From Vicugna vicugna (Eukaryota), in assembly GCA_013265495.1 (NCBI GenBank), contig MU058009.1, positions 3,801,780 to 3,865,779 of the forward strand: a stretch of 64,000 nt of DNA. Reading direction: 5' to 3'. The notes under the pieces were generated by a model. The model saw only the letters and a program-made list of their open reading frames with translations. It did no database searches and was not told the DNA's origin. The position numbers were made by a program, and so were the translations under genes. Shown one piece after another: positions 60,015 to 64,000 of this stretch. Each line of letters begins with the position of its first letter. The stretch's first letter is position 1.

Positions 60015-63000
60015 TCCACAGCTTTATGAGGTACAATTGATACAGAATAAACTACACGTGTTTTAGTGTGAGACGTGGTGAGTTGTGACATGTCTGCACA
60101 CGTGAATTCTGTTGATGTCCGACCACCACTGTCCAGGCAGTGAGCACACCCATCACATCAAAATCTCATTCTTCTTTTTTAAAAAAAATTAATTTTGTAA
60201 TTTTTAATTAATTAACTTACTTATTAATATAGTTTTATTGAAGGATAGTCAGTTTACAATGTCATGTCCATTTCTGGTGCACAGCACAATGCTTCAGTCA
60301 TATGTGAACAGGCATATCTGCATTTTCATATTCTTTTTTCATAAGTTACTACAAGATGCTGAAGGTAGTTCCTCATCCTTCTTTGTAATCCCTTCCTCCT
60401 TCCAACCCCTCCCCACTCAGGCAACCACTGCTCTGTCGGTCGCCATAAATTAATTTTCATTTTCTAGAGTTTTATATATTTGAAACCACAAGTTATGTGT
60501 TCAGTTTTGTCTGACTCCTTTTACTCGGCGTGATTATTTTGCGGTTTGTTCATGTGGCTGCCTTTATCAGCAGTTCCTTTTTTTAACTGTTGAATAATAT
60601 TTCATTGCACAAGTAAACCACGACGTGTTTACCTGCTCCCACGCTGCTGAATATCTGGGTTGTCGCTGGTTTTCGTGGGGTAGACCAGGAGCATTCATCA
60701 AGTCTCTGTACAGTCATGTGCTTTTATTCCTCCTGAGGAAATAGCTAGGAGTGAGATGGCTGGATCGCATCTTTAAGTGAACGTTTAGCTTTTTGTGAAA
60801 ACTGCCAAACTGTTTTCCAAAGTGGTTGCACCATTTTATATTCTCACCAGCAGCTTAAGAGAAGTTTTAGTTCCTCCACATCCTTGCCGACATTTGGAGC
60901 TTTAATTATAGCCATTCTAACAGGGCTGTAGTGGTATCTCATTACGGTTTTAATTTGAATGTCCTTAATGGCTAATAATGCTCAGCATCTCATTGTGTGC
61001 TTGTTTGCTAGTTGTGTATTTTCCTTGGTGAAGTGTCTGTTCGAATCTCTTGACAACTTTTGTTGGGCTGTTTTCTTTTTATTGAATTTGAAAGCTCATT
61101 ATACGTTCTAAGTTCTTTATCAGATACGTGATTTGAAATATTTTTCCCAGTCTGTGGTTTATCTTTTTGTTTTCCTAACAGTGCCCCTAAAAGAGGAGAA
61201 ATTTTAAGTGTTGCTTAAGTCCAGTGTAGTAGTATTTTTTCATTTATAGATTGTGCTTTTGGTGGCATATATGAAAAATCATTGCCTAACCCAAAGTCAC
61301 ATTGATTTTCTCTTATGCTTGGATCAAGAAGGCTTTGCATTTAAGTCTTTGGTCCATTTTGAGTTGAATTTTGTATATGGTGAAACACATGGATTATAAC
61401 CTTTTTTTTAACCTATGGATATCTAATTGTTCTAGCATGATTTCTAGAAAAAAAATCATATGTTTTCTACATTGAATTGCCCTAGCGCTTAAAAAATTAG
61501 TTCTAATAACTGTGGGTCAATTTGGGGGCTCTATTTTGTTTCATTTATCTATTCTTCTATCTTTATGCTAATACTCCACTGTTTTCTTTACTGTAACTTT
61601 ATAGCAAGTCTTCAGATCGGGTGATGGTAAGCCTCAGATTTTTTTTTTCTTGGTTACTGAGTGCATTTTACATTTCCATAGGGGTTTTAGAATAAGTCGG
61701 TCAATTTCTACTAAAAAAGAACTGCTAGTATTTGGATTGGAATTATATTAAATATATGGATCAACTTGAGAAAAACGCCATCTTAATAATGAGTCTTCTT
61801 TAATTTCCTTCAGTTATGTTTTGTGGTCTTCAACGTACAGGTCTTGGATATCCTTTGACAGATTTAGCCCTAAGTGTTTTACTTTTCAATGCTTTTTAGG
61901 AATGGAATTTTTAAAAATTTAAATTTGAGATTATTTATTGCTAGGAGGTAGAAATTCAGTTGCTATTGCACAGAACATTTGATGTGGAAATGTTGCTACA
62001 GTCATTAGTTGCAGCAGCTTTTTGATAGATTTCATCAGGTTTTCTATACTGGCAATCCTGTCACCTGCAAATAATGGTTTTACGTCTTTATTTCCAAACT
62101 GGATGTCTTTTACCTTTTTCTTGTCTTATTGCATTGGTTAGAAACTCCAGTACAGTGTTGAACAACAACCATGTAAGCAGACTTCCTGTCCTGTTTCTGA
62201 CTCTACAGGGGAAGCGTTCAGTCTTTTACTTTCAGATACGCTGACAGCTACAGGTTTGTCATAGGTTTTTTTGTGTTTTTTTTTTTTATCATATTGAGAA
62301 ATTTCTCTTCTTAATTTGCTGAGAGCTGTTTTTGTTTTTCCTTAATCAGGAATGGGTATTAGACTTTGTCAAAAGCTGTTTTACTTACCTTTTGAGATAA
62401 CCATATGCTTTTCTTATTTTAGTTTGTTAGGATTGTGAATTACATTATCTTTTTTTTTTTTTACCATGAAACCAAACTTGGTTTCCTAGAGTGAAACATA
62501 CATGGTCCTAACGTATCCTTTTTATATATTGTTGAATTCAATTTGCTTGTTTTTAAGCATTTTTTGCATATATTTTTGTGAGGGATATTGGTCTATAGTT
62601 TTGTTGTTATTATTTTTGTAATGTCTCTTTGCAATTTAGGGTCAGGGTAACTCCGGGCTTGTAAAATGGAAATTATTTCATCCTCTTCAATGTTCTGAAA
62701 AAGTTTATTTATAATTGATATTATTTCTTCCTTAAATGTTGAGTGGACTCGCCAACGAAGCCACCTGGGTTTGCATGTTTCTTTGTGGGAGGATTTTTAG
62801 CTACTAATTCAATTTCTCTGGGGTCTTACTTTCAAGATTTGTTAGGTGAAGTCCAAGCAGTGTTTAGCATTGGGCCCCACTGAGGCGAGGTGGTTACGCG
62901 CCCCGGGCATCAGAGGCTTTCCGCCCGGCTGGCAGGGACGGGCAGTACTCCCGGCCTGTGTGTGGCCTGGGCAGCGTGCCTGCCAGCCCTCTGGAGGGGT

Positions 63001-63415
63001 CTTTCCCTGGACTTCGGCACTTTCATCACACACGGGGACTGCCTGCTCTGCTGGACGTCAGGGGCCTCTACTGATCTCTGAATTCTCTCCCTGCCCACGT
63101 CTCTCCTCCCATCCTCTGCTCCCAGAACTCTAACTGCCGCCTCTCCCTGGGTCCTTAGCAGCTCAGTTCTGAGAGTCCTCTGGACCCTGCCGGACCTCCC
63201 CTCCCTGCACATGCCTGGGGACCCTCTCTGGGCAGTGAGCCGGGACAAGGGGGGTCACCCATTTGTTTCAGTCTCTCAGGGATCAGTGTCTCACTGCCTG
63301 CGGTCTAGTGTCTTGGAAAGTACCATTGCATATATGTCTGTCTCTCCTGCTGCTGGTGTGTGGGACGGGACGGTAACTGGGGCCTGTCCCTCCATCATGG
63401 CTGGAAGCGGCAGTC
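60015..63415 (-). mobile_element. Old L1 (L1MB-type): 3'UTR+ORF2 (~60015-62820) joined to a 5'UTR-like segment (~62821-63415)
   Basis: cagctttatgaggtacaattga 3' end; aactgccaaactgttttccaaagtggttgcaccatttt and ttgcctaacccaaagtcac are ORF2 antisense hallmarks; the minus-strand start gactgccgcttccagccatgatgg resembles an L1M 5' end. Confidence 0.85.
60178..60371 (-). mobile_element. Short young L1 3' end nested in the old L1
   Basis: tattgaaggatagtcagtttacaatg...; TSD ctcattcttcttt (60165-60177) vs ctcatccttcttt (60372-60384). Confidence 0.8.
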
Positions 63416-64000
63416 GGCAGTGGGCCCTTGATTGAGGGGCAATCATGCAGTGTCCTCCTGGAGGGGCAGCTGTGTGGCTGTGCCAGCTCCGGTGTCGGAG
63501 GAAATCGGGGAGCAGAGTGATGACAGAGCTCCTGCCAACCCCAGCGGAGAAGCCGCAGCGGAGCAGGCGGAGGCCACGGGGGTCATGACGGAAGCAGGCA
63601 GCCCCACAGCTCTGCAGGCTTCACATCAGAGTGGGGACGATGCCTCGGGAGGGCCAGGTCAGAGAGGTGTGGAGTCCCCGCGTGGCCCTCTGGGTGCCCT
63701 AGCAGCTTGACGACGGGCCACCCCAGGCCTGTGATTCCAAGCGAGACGTGCTGCTTGCTTGCCCAGTGCGGGGCCGTTTGCAGAGGCCGCGGGGGCCGGC
63801 TGATGCACCGTGAGCCGCTGCGCCCCATCAGTGCTAACGGCGTGGAGCAGCCAGGGCTCCTGCGGCCCGTGCGGGGGAAGCTCGCTCTCAAGATCCAAGT
63901 GGAAAAGTCAGAGCAGCTTCAACCCCAGGAGACGCTCAGGAGGGTGCAAACTGCAGATAATGGGAAATGGCTGTTCACACCCATCCTGAGGACATTTTGC

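Noticed and set aside
1..64000. Assigning a host gene name (e.g. a known recursively spliced gene)
   Set aside because: No recognisable exon ties the window to any gene; an alignment is required.

Overview
Mammalian genomic DNA, most likely camelid (alpaca/camel). The evidence is a tRNA-Ala-derived Vic-1-type SINE at ~8.1 kb and several young artiodactyl-type L1 3' ends. The window is GC- and CpG-rich, and I can recognise no protein-coding exon. The listed ORFs are chance ORFs, simple-repeat ORFs or decayed L1 ORF2 pieces. It reads as the interior of a very long intron, or a regulatory gene desert, whose host gene I cannot name. Interspersed repeats include MIR, L2, MER5, Tigger2-type, MLT1, old and young L1s and an ERV1 solo LTR. 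There are also two minisatellites, one 22-N gap, several CTCF-like motifs and repeat-free AT-rich islands dense in homeodomain/TALE motifs (candidate enhancers). The strongest signal is a textbook recursive-splice-site architecture on the + strand at 21914-21921 (polypyrimidine tract-TAG|GTAAGT). It is followed by a putative RS-exon with stop codons in all three frames. Candidate frame-preserving small exons (30 nt at 9175, 18 nt at 48426) lie on the same strand. Repeat family names come from my recognition of consensus motifs, not a database search, and boundaries without TSDs are approximate.
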